64,000 nt of DNA from an uncultured Clostridium sp. (GTDB taxonomy: Bacteria; Bacillota_I; Bacilli_A; RF39; UBA660): contig CANEGO010000001.1 of assembly GCA_947427095.1 (NCBI GenBank), positions 131,428 to 195,427 on the forward strand, read 5' to 3'. Below are positions 20,103 to 29,047 of the stretch, piece by piece. The position numbers were made by a program, and so were the translations under genes. The notes under the pieces were generated by a model. It was not told the origin of the DNA and did no database searches. It saw nothing but the letters and a program-made list of their open reading frames with translations. Each line of letters opens with the position of its first letter. Position 1 is the first letter of the stretch.

Positions 20103-20834
20103 TCACTTTATAAAATTTCCTATTATATTTATTGTTTGCCCTAATCTTTCTAAGTATGCATAGTGTGTGCAACCTTCATAAAGAATAAGACCACAATCAG
20201 GTATTAACCTTTCGTATTCTTTAGTATCTTCCTCTGGCACTTCACTATCCATATCACCATAAATTAAGATTACTGGTGCTTTTATCTTTCTAGCATCCTC
20301 TGATAAATCCTCGTTAACCGTTTTAACTAAGACATCTTTCATAACTGGACTAGCCGCTTTATAATCACGGGATCCAATATGATTTTTTGCCCAACCTTCT
20401 AAATTCTTAATTCCAGGAACAGTCTTCATAAACTTAAGTATTTTAGTTTTTAGTCCTTTTTTATCATGCCCTCTAAGCGCCGGAGATAAAAGAATAACTT
20501 TTTTAACCTTGTTTCTAGAAGCAAACTTAACAGATACTCTTCCACCAAACGAATGTCCAACAAGGATTGGTTCTTTAACATCTAATTTTTTTAATAGTTC
20601 TTCAATCAACACGGTATAATCATTAACGTCCATTACGCTTTCTGGTTCAGGAGAGAGTCCAAAGCCCGGGAAATCAACAGCAATAATACGATAATCTTTC
20701 TTAAAAGGTTCTCCTAGCATTTGCATCATCTCTATTTTTTGTCCCCAACCATGAAGCAAAATTATTGCATTTTTTTTCTTATTTCCATAGTCTAAATAAT
20801 TTATATAAAGTCCGTTTATGTTCAAGTTAATCAC
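20103..20834 (-). CDS. Alpha/beta hydrolase
   Basis: 243 aa. GHSFGG nucleophile elbow and an HGWG oxyanion-type motif. Confidence 0.7.
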   Translation of the reverse strand: MINLNINGLYINYLDYGNKKKNAIILLHGWGQKIEMMQMLGEPFKKDYRIIAVDFPGFGLSPEPESVMDVNDYTVLIEELLKKLDVKEPILVGHSFGGRVSVKFASRNKVKKVILLSPALRGHDKKGLKTKILKFMKTVPGIKNLEGWAKNHIGSRDYKAASPVMKDVLVKTVNEDLSEDARKIKAPVILIYGDMDSEVPEEDTKEYERLIPDCGLILYEGCTHYAYLERLGQTINIIGNFIK

Positions 20835-20910
20835 CTATTTCTATTATGGATAAATCTTCTTTACATATTATAACATTTTTATCATACAAAATAAAACAAA
20901 ATAAGCATAA

Positions 20911-21456
20911 TTACTTATTTTGTTTACTATTTATATACTTTTTATATTGTCTTTTACTTAACAGGCATTTTTTTACACCATCAGTTATATCTATCTGCCT
21001 ATCAGCATCATAATAGGTTATAACATCATCATTTTCACTTACTATTCTTTTATCATCTGGTCCTTTAATAGTAACAATAACATTGTTGTTCAAGTCCTCT
21101 ATTTGATCAACATCAATATGTTCTTCTTCACCAGTAATATCAAAATAAATACCTTTTTCATTTAAATAATCACATAATTCATTTAATTTTTTTGTGCTAG
21201 AAGACTTTCTGGCCAAATCATAAATACCAAGAAATATTTCTCCCCATGCAGCAACTCTAACTAAATAATGTACTATATTTATTATCTTATTATCGAAAAC
21301 GCCAAAATAAAATTTAACTAAACCTATACCAACATCACTTGCCCATAAGCTCCAAAACAATTTATTATTTTCTAAATTATTCAAACCAGCAACATTAGCA
21401 TAATTCTTAGTTAAAATACTTTTATTAAAATGTTTATATAACATATATTTTCTCAC
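20911..21456 (-). CDS. Hypothetical protein (paralog of 21527-22054)
   Basis: 181 aa. Its C-terminus KRQYKKYINSKQNK resembles the neighbour's KRQRKKYINSK. The upstream region is duplicated. Confidence 0.4.
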   Translation of the reverse strand: MRKYMLYKHFNKSILTKNYANVAGLNNLENNKLFWSLWASDVGIGLVKFYFGVFDNKIINIVHYLVRVAAWGEIFLGIYDLARKSSSTKKLNELCDYLNEKGIYFDITGEEEHIDVDQIEDLNNNVIVTIKGPDDKRIVSENDDVITYYDADRQIDITDGVKKCLLSKRQYKKYINSKQNK

Positions 21457-21526
21457 CTAAAACACTCCTTTTTCATTTGAATATGTATTATTTTAACATA
21501 TACTCACTTCGTCAAGTTTTTTATTA

Positions 21527-22054
21527 TTATTTACTATTTATATACTTTTTTCTTTGCCTTTTTGTAAGCGTAACATCATTTATTATATCTGTTACATCAA
21601 TAAAATTATCTTGATCTATAAAGACTGTTTCAATATCAGACATCTTAGTAATAACTCCTTTACCTAAAAGTAAGTTTGTTGTTTTAACATCATCACCCAC
21701 TTGTTCTTTAATTAAAAAAGCATGTAACAAATCCTCTTTTGTTATGTCTATATTAATATCATTTAATCTTTTAACTATTTCATCAAGTTTTTTTCTTGAA
21801 CTTACTACGTTTTTCATATCATTAATTCCATAAAAAGCTTGACTTGTCATAATACCCACAAGTCCAATTCTTAATATATTAGCAAATAAATTATCCTCGA
21901 AGTTAAAAATTTGTTGAGCACCAGTAAGTGTCCAATAAGATAAAATTGATGCCCAATTAATTTTTGGATTTTGACTATGATTCTCAAAATTAGCATAATC
22001 AACAATTCTTCCTAATCTATCCATTCCATTTTCGTATAATTTATATTTTTTCAT
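21527..22054 (-). CDS. Hypothetical protein (paralog of 20911-21456)
   Basis: 175 aa. Shared C-terminal motif and shared upstream region. Confidence 0.4.
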   Translation of the reverse strand: MKKYKLYENGMDRLGRIVDYANFENHSQNPKINWASILSYWTLTGAQQIFNFEDNLFANILRIGLVGIMTSQAFYGINDMKNVVSSRKKLDEIVKRLNDINIDITKEDLLHAFLIKEQVGDDVKTTNLLLGKGVITKMSDIETVFIDQDNFIDVTDIINDVTLTKRQRKKYINSK

Positions 22055-22087
22055 TCAAATTTTCCCCCTTTTTCATTTGAATGTGCA

Positions 22088-22118
22088 TTATTTTAACATA
22101 TAACCCCCCCCCGTCAAG
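22088..22118 (-). promoter_or_regulatory. Candidate promoter with a G9 homopolymer in the spacer
   Basis: Minus strand reads TTGACG-GGGGGGGG-TTATATGT-TAAAAT (extended TGn -10). The poly-C on the plus strand is at 22104-22112, about 50 nt upstream of the 21527-22054 start. Confidence 0.5.
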
Positions 22119-22143
22119 TTTTTTTGACATGTGGAAAAACACA

Positions 22144-22176
22144 AATAAAGTGCACATTAATTGTGCACTTTATTTT
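22144..22176. terminator. Perfect palindromic hairpin (aaagtgcaca-ttaa-ttgtgcactt)
   Basis: A 10-bp stem flanked by A and T runs, lying between leuS and the paralog pair. Confidence 0.45.
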
Positions 22177-22302
22177 AGAAAGTAGTATTTTAATTACGCT
22201 TATAATTTTTTTGTGTTTTTTTCATAAACTTCTCAGCTTTTTTATTGTTTTAATATACAAAATAACCACATATCATTAAATACAAGAGAATTTAAAATTC
22301 AA

Positions 22303-22328
22303 CTAAAAAAAGTTCATTTCTGAACTTT
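22303..22328 (-). terminator. leuS intrinsic terminator
   Basis: aaagttca-tttc-tgaacttt hairpin immediately after the leuS stop, with a U run on the minus strand. Confidence 0.55.
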
Positions 22329-22329
22329 T

Positions 22330-24744
22330 TTACTTTACTACTACGTTTACTATTTTATTTTTAATTACAATTACCTTAACTACTTCTTTTCCTTCAGTAT
22401 GTCTTTTAACGTTTTCGCAAGATAACGCTTTTTCTTTGATCACATCTTCAGAATCATCTACTGATATAGTAATCGTTCCTCTTAATTTACCATTTACTTG
22501 AACTGCTATATCAAATTCAGTTTGAACAAGTTTCGCTTCATCATACACTGGCCATGCTTCGTAAGCAATCGTACCTTCATGTCCTAGCATGCTCCATAAC
22601 TCTTCGGTAATATGGGGACATATTGGATTTAACATTTTAACAAGACCCTCCATATATTCCTTAGGAATAACGCTTTCTTTATACATAGCATTAACAAGTA
22701 CCATTAAGTGACTTATTGCTGTATTAAATGATAATTTTTCATAATCATTTGTAACGTTCTTAACCGTTTCATGATAAAGTCTTTCTAAGTTTTTGTTTTC
22801 TTTAATTTCTTTTTGTTCTTCAGTATATAATCTCCATACTCTATCCAAGAACTTCTTAGCACCTTCAACGCCTGACGTACTCCATGGTTTAGAAGCTTCT
22901 AATGGCCCCATAAACATTTCGTATAATCTTAATGTATCAGCACCATATTTTTCTACTATGTCGCTTGGATTAACAACGAATTCTGGGAAACGTTTGCCCA
23001 TCTTTATTCCGTTTTCACCCAATATCATGCCTTGATGAACTAATTTTTTAAATGGTTCTTTAACTGGAGATAATCCTTTGTCATAAAGGTAATTATTCCA
23101 TATCCTAGAATACATTAAGTGTCCAACAGCATGTTCTGGTCCACCAATATATAAATCAACTGGCATCCAATGTTTTAACAATTCTTGGTTAGCGAACTCG
23201 TGTGTATTATGAGGGTCAATGTATCTTAAGAAATACCAACTAGATCCTGCAGAACCTGGCATCGTTGACGTTTCACGGATTCCTTTTTTACCATCTTTTT
23301 CATAAGTTTTCCACTCTTTAGCGTTTTCTAAAGGTGCTTTACCATTATGACCTTTATAGTCTTCTAACTCTGGTAATACAAGTGGTAATTCATCATCAGG
23401 AAGTAAATAATCTGTACCATCTTCCATGTGAACAACCGGTACTGGTTCTCCCCAATATCTTTGCCTTGCAAATATCCATTCTCTAAATCTATAATTAGTT
23501 GTTTTTCTTGCAACACCCATTTTTATTAATTTATCAGTGATAGCTTCTTTTGCTTCTTCTACCGTTAAACCAGTAAACTCTTCAGAATTAATAAGTTTAC
23601 ATCCTTTACCTAAGTAATCTCCCTTTTCAAAAGCAGCTTTGCTTACATCTCTTCCATCAATTACCTGAATCATTGGAATTTTATGTTCTATAGCATATTC
23701 ATAATCTCTTTGGTCGTGAGATGGAACAGCCATAACAGCACCAGTACCATAATTTCCTAAAACAAAGTCTCCTAGGTATACTGGTACTTTTCTACCATTA
23801 ACTGGATTTATCGCTTCTATTCCTTTAAGCACGCAACCTGATTTACCTTTATTAAGTTCGGTTCTATCCATATCGGATTTCTTAAGTGTTTCGTCAATAT
23901 ACTTTTGTGCTTCTTCTTTATTTTCTACCCTTGGCATTAATTCTTTAATTAACTGTCCATCTGGTGCGATAACCATGAACGTAATACCATAAATGGTTTC
24001 TATACAAGTTGTATAAATAGAGAACTTACCTCCACCTACTACGTCAAAGTCTACTTCAACACCGGTTGATTTACCTATCCAGTTTCTTTGCATCTCTTTA
24101 GTGGATGCTGGCCAGTCTATTTCATTTAAACCTTCTAAAAGTCTTTCCGCAAAACGAGGCTGATCAATACATAGTTGCTTCATGTTTCGTCTTACAACCG
24201 GATATCCACCACGTTCTGATTTACCGTCAATTACTTCGTCGTTAGATAAAACGGTTCCTAACTCTTCACACCAGTTAACTGGCATATCAATGTATTTTGC
24301 ATAACCATCTTTATATAATTGTTTAAATATCCATTGTGTCCATTTATAGTATGATGGATCTGATGTTGATATTACTCTATCCCAATCATAATCGAAACCT
24401 AGTTCTTTAAGCTGATTAGTAAAATATTGTATATTTTTCTCAGTAAACCCACTTGGGTGATTACCAGTTTGAACCGCATATTGTTCCGCTGGAAGACCAA
24501 ACGAATCATATCCCATTGGATGTAAAACGTTATACCCTTGCATCCTTTTCATACGTGATACAATGTCAGTTGCCGTATAACCTTCAGGATGTCCTGCATG
24601 TAAACCTACTCCTGATGGATAAGGAAACATATCAAGTGCGTAAAACTTCGGCTTCGAAAAGTCCCAAACGTCAGTTTTAAACGTTTTATTATCTTCCCAA
24701 TACCGTTGCCATTTCTTTTCTATTTCTTTAAAATTATATTCCAT
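22330..24744 (-). CDS. leuS: Leucyl-tRNA synthetase
   Basis: 804 aa. HAGH-type HIGH motif (HAGHPEGYTATD), a KMSKS region and an editing domain. The N-terminus is typical (MEYNFKEIEKKWQRYWEDNKTFK). Confidence 0.95.
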   Translation of the reverse strand: MEYNFKEIEKKWQRYWEDNKTFKTDVWDFSKPKFYALDMFPYPSGVGLHAGHPEGYTATDIVSRMKRMQGYNVLHPMGYDSFGLPAEQYAVQTGNHPSGFTEKNIQYFTNQLKELGFDYDWDRVISTSDPSYYKWTQWIFKQLYKDGYAKYIDMPVNWCEELGTVLSNDEVIDGKSERGGYPVVRRNMKQLCIDQPRFAERLLEGLNEIDWPASTKEMQRNWIGKSTGVEVDFDVVGGGKFSIYTTCIETIYGITFMVIAPDGQLIKELMPRVENKEEAQKYIDETLKKSDMDRTELNKGKSGCVLKGIEAINPVNGRKVPVYLGDFVLGNYGTGAVMAVPSHDQRDYEYAIEHKIPMIQVIDGRDVSKAAFEKGDYLGKGCKLINSEEFTGLTVEEAKEAITDKLIKMGVARKTTNYRFREWIFARQRYWGEPVPVVHMEDGTDYLLPDDELPLVLPELEDYKGHNGKAPLENAKEWKTYEKDGKKGIRETSTMPGSAGSSWYFLRYIDPHNTHEFANQELLKHWMPVDLYIGGPEHAVGHLMYSRIWNNYLYDKGLSPVKEPFKKLVHQGMILGENGIKMGKRFPEFVVNPSDIVEKYGADTLRLYEMFMGPLEASKPWSTSGVEGAKKFLDRVWRLYTEEQKEIKENKNLERLYHETVKNVTNDYEKLSFNTAISHLMVLVNAMYKESVIPKEYMEGLVKMLNPICPHITEELWSMLGHEGTIAYEAWPVYDEAKLVQTEFDIAVQVNGKLRGTITISVDDSEDVIKEKALSCENVKRHTEGKEVVKVIVIKNKIVNVVVK

Positions 24745-24746
24745 AA

Positions 24747-25100
24747 TTATTCACACTCCTTTTTATAATACATCGCAACTAAATGATACACTCCCGCAAA
24801 TAAAGGGAATATTAAAATAAATGATACCAAAAGTCTTACGTAAACATTATCAATAACTCTAGTTATAGTAAACATAAACGCAACAATAAAAGAATCTGAT
24901 AACATAAGCGTTTTAAAAACTCTTTTGTATCCTAATCTTACTATGTCTAAATTATACCTTAATACTAGATATTTTATGTTTACAGGAGATTTTTTTCTAT
25001 CATATTTTTTAAGCTTTCTATATGAAAATAAATAATATCCCAAATAAACTATCAAAAAAATAACAATGAATTCTAACACAATCTTAGCAACTTCTACCAT
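24747..25100 (-). CDS. Small polytopic membrane protein (start revised to the internal Met behind the T-box terminator)
   Basis: The track ORF 24747-25166 overlaps the T-box terminator. An AGGAGG RBS sits 7 nt upstream of the Met at 25100 (MVEVAKIV...). Hydrophobic, 117 aa. Confidence 0.45.
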   Translation of the reverse strand: MVEVAKIVLEFIVIFLIVYLGYYLFSYRKLKKYDRKKSPVNIKYLVLRYNLDIVRLGYKRVFKTLMLSDSFIVAFMFTITRVIDNVYVRLLVSFILIFPLFAGVYHLVAMYYKKECE

Positions 25101-25111
25101 AATTCCTCCTG

Positions 25112-25385
25112 TTAAATAAAAAAAGTTCATCCTAAATAAAGGATGAACTTTCGTCCACGGTACCACCTTAATTTATACATAATTTATGTATACACTTAAT
25201 AATCCATAACGAGATAAACCGTACTATATTACTATTATTTCACATAATAACTCCGAAGCTAGTTCACTTAGTACGCTTTGTTTATTCCCACCAAACATAA
25301 ACTCTCTTTAAAAGCATATCTAACTTAATACTCTTCATCAACGTTTTAATACTTATAGTATATTATTTTAATTAATAAAAATCAA
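25112..25385 (-). promoter_or_regulatory. T-box riboswitch leader controlling the membrane protein-leuS operon (probable Leu specifier)
   Basis: The minus strand contains an AGAGAG stem I element and a candidate specifier CUA-A. It also has the T-box sequence AAGGUGGUACCGUGGACGAAAG overlapping a terminator hairpin (aaagttcatcc-tttattt-aggatgaacttt) followed by a U7 run. Confidence 0.6.
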
Positions 25386-25411
25386 GTAAAAAAGAAACCT
25401 TAATTGGTTTC

Positions 25412-26095
25412 TTAACTAAAAATTAGCGATATTACGTATAATACGATACTTAGTATTACAGATGTTAATACTATTGTATAAACAGACTTAGAATCATTTA
25501 AACCAATTACTTCTTTAACTCCTAAAACAAAGTTAGTAATAGTAAATAATGAAACTAAAGCGATAACTAGTACAACTATTACTGGCGAGATCAAAACACC
25601 AATAATACTAACTAATATTCCAGTTAAGCTAAAGATTGCTAAAGAAGTAAGTAAATTAAACGAACCTTTATAACCAACTTCTGCCTTAAATATTTTACCT
25701 GCTACTAAATAAAGAATTAAAGCTTGCAAATAATAAACGCCAATTACCAAGATAGTAGTTATGATGAATATTTTAAAATATGGAATTTCAAAGTACGCAC
25801 CAGACATTAACGAACTTAATCCACCATAAAGGTTTCCCATTGTTTCTTTCGTAAGAAGCATCGCGAATAATCCACTAATTATTCCTATTATAACAATGAT
25901 TACATTGGCTAAAGCAAAGTTTTCTTCCTTTATAAAATTTTTCATTGCATCAACTGGTTTTGTAAACATTCCCTTAAAAAGTTCAAGCGCTTTACCAAAA
26001 CACCGTTTAATATCAAAACTATTATTATTTAATTTACAATTACAAGTTTCTCCTTCATTTAATTTACGTCCACAATTTGAACAATATTTTGCCAT
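25412..26095 (-). CDS. Zinc-ribbon plus Yip1-like polytopic membrane protein
   Basis: 227 aa. N-terminal MAKYCSNCGRKLNEGETCNC, then five TM helices. Confidence 0.45.
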   Translation of the reverse strand: MAKYCSNCGRKLNEGETCNCKLNNNSFDIKRCFGKALELFKGMFTKPVDAMKNFIKEENFALANVIIVIIGIISGLFAMLLTKETMGNLYGGLSSLMSGAYFEIPYFKIFIITTILVIGVYYLQALILYLVAGKIFKAEVGYKGSFNLLTSLAIFSLTGILVSIIGVLISPVIVVLVIALVSLFTITNFVLGVKEVIGLNDSKSVYTIVLTSVILSIVLYVISLIFS

Positions 26096-26108
26096 TTTTA
26101 AATTCCTC

Positions 26109-27299
26109 CTAATAAAAATAATATTTTAAATTATCAAAATCAACTAGTTTATACCCTTTATCATAAGAGTATTCCATGCTTGAATAATATTTTCCACTAC
26201 TTTCGCTAGTTTTTGTTTCGTCAAAAAACTCATAAGTTGTCTTATAATCATAATTGTATGAGAAAGAAACTTTTAAATTACCATCATCGCTAAATTTTAA
26301 ATCGCTTAAAGTAACATTTTTAATGGTAATCTCAGTAAGGTAAGAGCGATCGTTTATATCTTCTTTAAACTCATCATAAGATTTTTGTAAACTAGTTAAA
26401 TTATCATCTTCTAAAGAAATCAAAGTTTTAACTTCATCAAACATCTTATTTTCTCTAGCAACATTATAAATAGTTTGCAAATTTTTTAAAGTAATATCTT
26501 CTATTTCTTTTTTTACCACTTTAGAAATTTTATTAACATCAATTTCTAAAGTTGTGCTTCTAGAATAAGAGTTTGGTGTTATTGAAGTATCTATTTTAAT
26601 CCCAAATGGATAAATAACTTTTACTGGGTAATTTAAATTAAATAATTCAGGTAAAACATAAACATCAAATTCATCAGTTGATTTACTTTTACTCATGTAT
26701 TTATCTAACTTTATTCCAGCAACTTCTACCTCAGATCCCTTAATAACCTTAATTTGATAATCCCGAATAGTTTCTAACTCTGGATTACTAATCTTCCAAT
26801 TATTAAAAAACAATATTTTATTTTTCTTATCTTTTATAAGCTTAATTGATACTGTGTCGTTTTTAGAATCATTTGTCACGTAATTAATCATTACAACGGC
26901 TGATAAATTATCCGCGCTAATAGTATCACTAATTACACTATAATTAACAACTTTATTTTTAGTATCTTTATCTTTTTTTGTTTCATTTAACTTTTTAAAC
27001 ACTTTTTTACTAGTAAAGTTTTTATCTTCAACATCAAAATACTGATAAAGCGTATCATAGTTATTACTTAGTGTTGCTTCAAAGTATTTAACCGCCAATC
27101 GTTTTGGTTTACACAAAGCACTTCCTATAACAAAAAACGCAATAATTAAGATAATAAAAAGCCCTGAAATGCCAATAATAATCTTATTTTTTTTATTTAA
27201 TGGTTTTCTTTTATCTGGTTGCTTTTTTAAAATACTTCCACACTCTTCACAATACTTAGCCCCATCTTTAGCTTTTGCACCACACTTCTCGCAATACAT
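26109..27299 (-). CDS. Zinc-ribbon plus single-TM protein with an extracytoplasmic domain
   Basis: 396 aa. N-terminal MYCEKCGAKAKDGAKYCEECG, then a TM segment. Confidence 0.45.
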   Translation of the reverse strand: MYCEKCGAKAKDGAKYCEECGSILKKQPDKRKPLNKKNKIIIGISGLFIILIIAFFVIGSALCKPKRLAVKYFEATLSNNYDTLYQYFDVEDKNFTSKKVFKKLNETKKDKDTKNKVVNYSVISDTISADNLSAVVMINYVTNDSKNDTVSIKLIKDKKNKILFFNNWKISNPELETIRDYQIKVIKGSEVEVAGIKLDKYMSKSKSTDEFDVYVLPELFNLNYPVKVIYPFGIKIDTSITPNSYSRSTTLEIDVNKISKVVKKEIEDITLKNLQTIYNVARENKMFDEVKTLISLEDDNLTSLQKSYDEFKEDINDRSYLTEITIKNVTLSDLKFSDDGNLKVSFSYNYDYKTTYEFFDETKTSESSGKYYSSMEYSYDKGYKLVDFDNLKYYFY

Positions 27300-27575
27300 A
27301 TCTATACCTCCTTAATTTAAGGATATATAAAATAAAAATTAAAGTCAATTAAAAAATGCCATAATAAGCATTTTTTACATACGTCAAAAACATTTTATTT
27401 CATTATGTCTTTAAGAGGAATAGCCATTTCTTTTAGTTTTTAAAAAAACTTACCAGAATTCAAATCACCCAACCACATAATATACTGAATTATAAACAAT
27501 ACCAAGGATAATTTTATTAATGCTTAGTTTTTCTTACTTTTACATTTAAAGTATTTACTGATATACTATTTTTAG

Positions 27576-29039
27576 GTGATAAAGATGGAATTTAAGTATA
27601 GCTTAGACAATAAAAGATACCATACTCTTAATTATGACTTAGTAAAAAGATTTAATACCAGAGTATTTAAAGTTAGTTTAAACGGAGGTTTTTCTTGTCC
27701 TAACTTCAAAAATGGTAGTGGTTGTATTTTTTGCTCTGCTAAAGGATCAGGTGATTTTGCAGGCAATAAAGAAGATGATTTACTAACTCAGTTTAATAGT
27801 GTTAAATCTAAATTAAATAATAAGTGGCCTGATACTAAGTACATTGCTTATTTTCAAGCCAACACTAACACTTACGCACCTGTAAGTGTATTAAAAAAGA
27901 AGTTTGAAGAAGTACTTACCTTTCCTAACGTTGTCGGCATTAACATTGGAACAAGACCAGATGCTATAACTGATGAATGCTTAGAATACTTAAAAGATTT
28001 AAATAAAAGAACTTTTTTAACAATAGAACTTGGCCTTCAAAGTATGCATGATAATACTTTAAATTTAATAAATAGAGGACATAATTTAAATTGTTTTGAT
28101 AAGTGCGTAAAACTATTAAAAGAAAATAATATAAACGTTGTTGTTCACATTATAAACGGACTACCAGGTGAAACATTTAGCATGATGATAGATACGGTTA
28201 GGCATTTAAATAAATTAAAAATAGATGGGATTAAAATCCATATGCTTCACGTACTTAAAAATACCAAACTTGAAGAATACTATAAAACAAAACCATTTCA
28301 TTTGCTAACTAAAGAAGAATACGTAAACGTAGTATGCAACCAAATAGAAGAGTTAAATGAGGATATTGTTATACACCGACTTACTGGCGATGGTGCTAAA
28401 GATGATTTGATAGCACCAGATTGGACACTTAAAAAAGTATGTGTTTTAAATGACATTGATAAAGAATTAAAAAAACGTGAAACATACCAAGGATTTAATA
28501 AAAGTATTTTAAACAGGGTAAATTTAATATATAAAAAATTTATAAAGCCCAGGGATATCGTAGTTGATGCAACCTGTGGTAATGGCAATGACACCCTTAG
28601 CCTATCTAGATTAGCAAAAAAAGTATTTGCCTTTGATATTCAAAAAGAAGCTATAGAAAATACTAGGAAACTGTTTATAAGTAATAACGTTAATAACGTT
28701 ACATTAATAAATAGTTCTCATGAATTTATGGATAAACTTTTAAATGATTATAAAAATAAAATAAGTTTGGTGTTATTTAATTTAGGTTATTTACCTAACG
28801 GAAATAAAGACATAACTACAAAAGCTAACACAACTTTAAATGCTATTAAAAGTTCATTTAAGCTATTAAATAAAAAAGGAATAATACTTGTTGTTTGTTA
28901 TCCTCATGAAGAAGGTAAAAAAGAGTCTAAAGAAATAATTAATTATTTAGGTACTAATAAAATAAACTATAAAATATATAAAAACACAGATAACATAAAT
29001 GCCCCTTTCTTAATAGAAATAAAAAATAATTCGGTTTAA
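27576..29039 (+). CDS. Fusion of a TIGR01212-type radical SAM protein (YtqA/MnmL-like) and a class I SAM-dependent methyltransferase (YtqB/MnmM-like)
   Basis: 487 aa. The N-terminal half is FKVSLNGGFSCPNFKNGSGCIFCSAKGSGDFAG (TIGR01212-like). The C-terminal half is DIVVDATCGNGNDTLSLS...FAFDIQKEAIENT (YtqB-type putative rRNA/tRNA methylase fold). Confidence 0.6.
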   Translation: MIKMEFKYSLDNKRYHTLNYDLVKRFNTRVFKVSLNGGFSCPNFKNGSGCIFCSAKGSGDFAGNKEDDLLTQFNSVKSKLNNKWPDTKYIAYFQANTNTYAPVSVLKKKFEEVLTFPNVVGINIGTRPDAITDECLEYLKDLNKRTFLTIELGLQSMHDNTLNLINRGHNLNCFDKCVKLLKENNINVVVHIINGLPGETFSMMIDTVRHLNKLKIDGIKIHMLHVLKNTKLEEYYKTKPFHLLTKEEYVNVVCNQIEELNEDIVIHRLTGDGAKDDLIAPDWTLKKVCVLNDIDKELKKRETYQGFNKSILNRVNLIYKKFIKPRDIVVDATCGNGNDTLSLSRLAKKVFAFDIQKEAIENTRKLFISNNVNNVTLINSSHEFMDKLLNDYKNKISLVLFNLGYLPNGNKDITTKANTTLNAIKSSFKLLNKKGIILVVCYPHEEGKKESKEIINYLGTNKINYKIYKNTDNINAPFLIEIKNNSV

Positions 29040-29047
29040 AACCCGAA

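Noticed and set aside
24747-25166. Track ORF start at 25166 for the membrane protein upstream of leuS
   Set aside because: The first 22 codons run through the T-box antiterminator/terminator hairpin. An internal Met at 25100 with an AGGAGG RBS is the plausible start.
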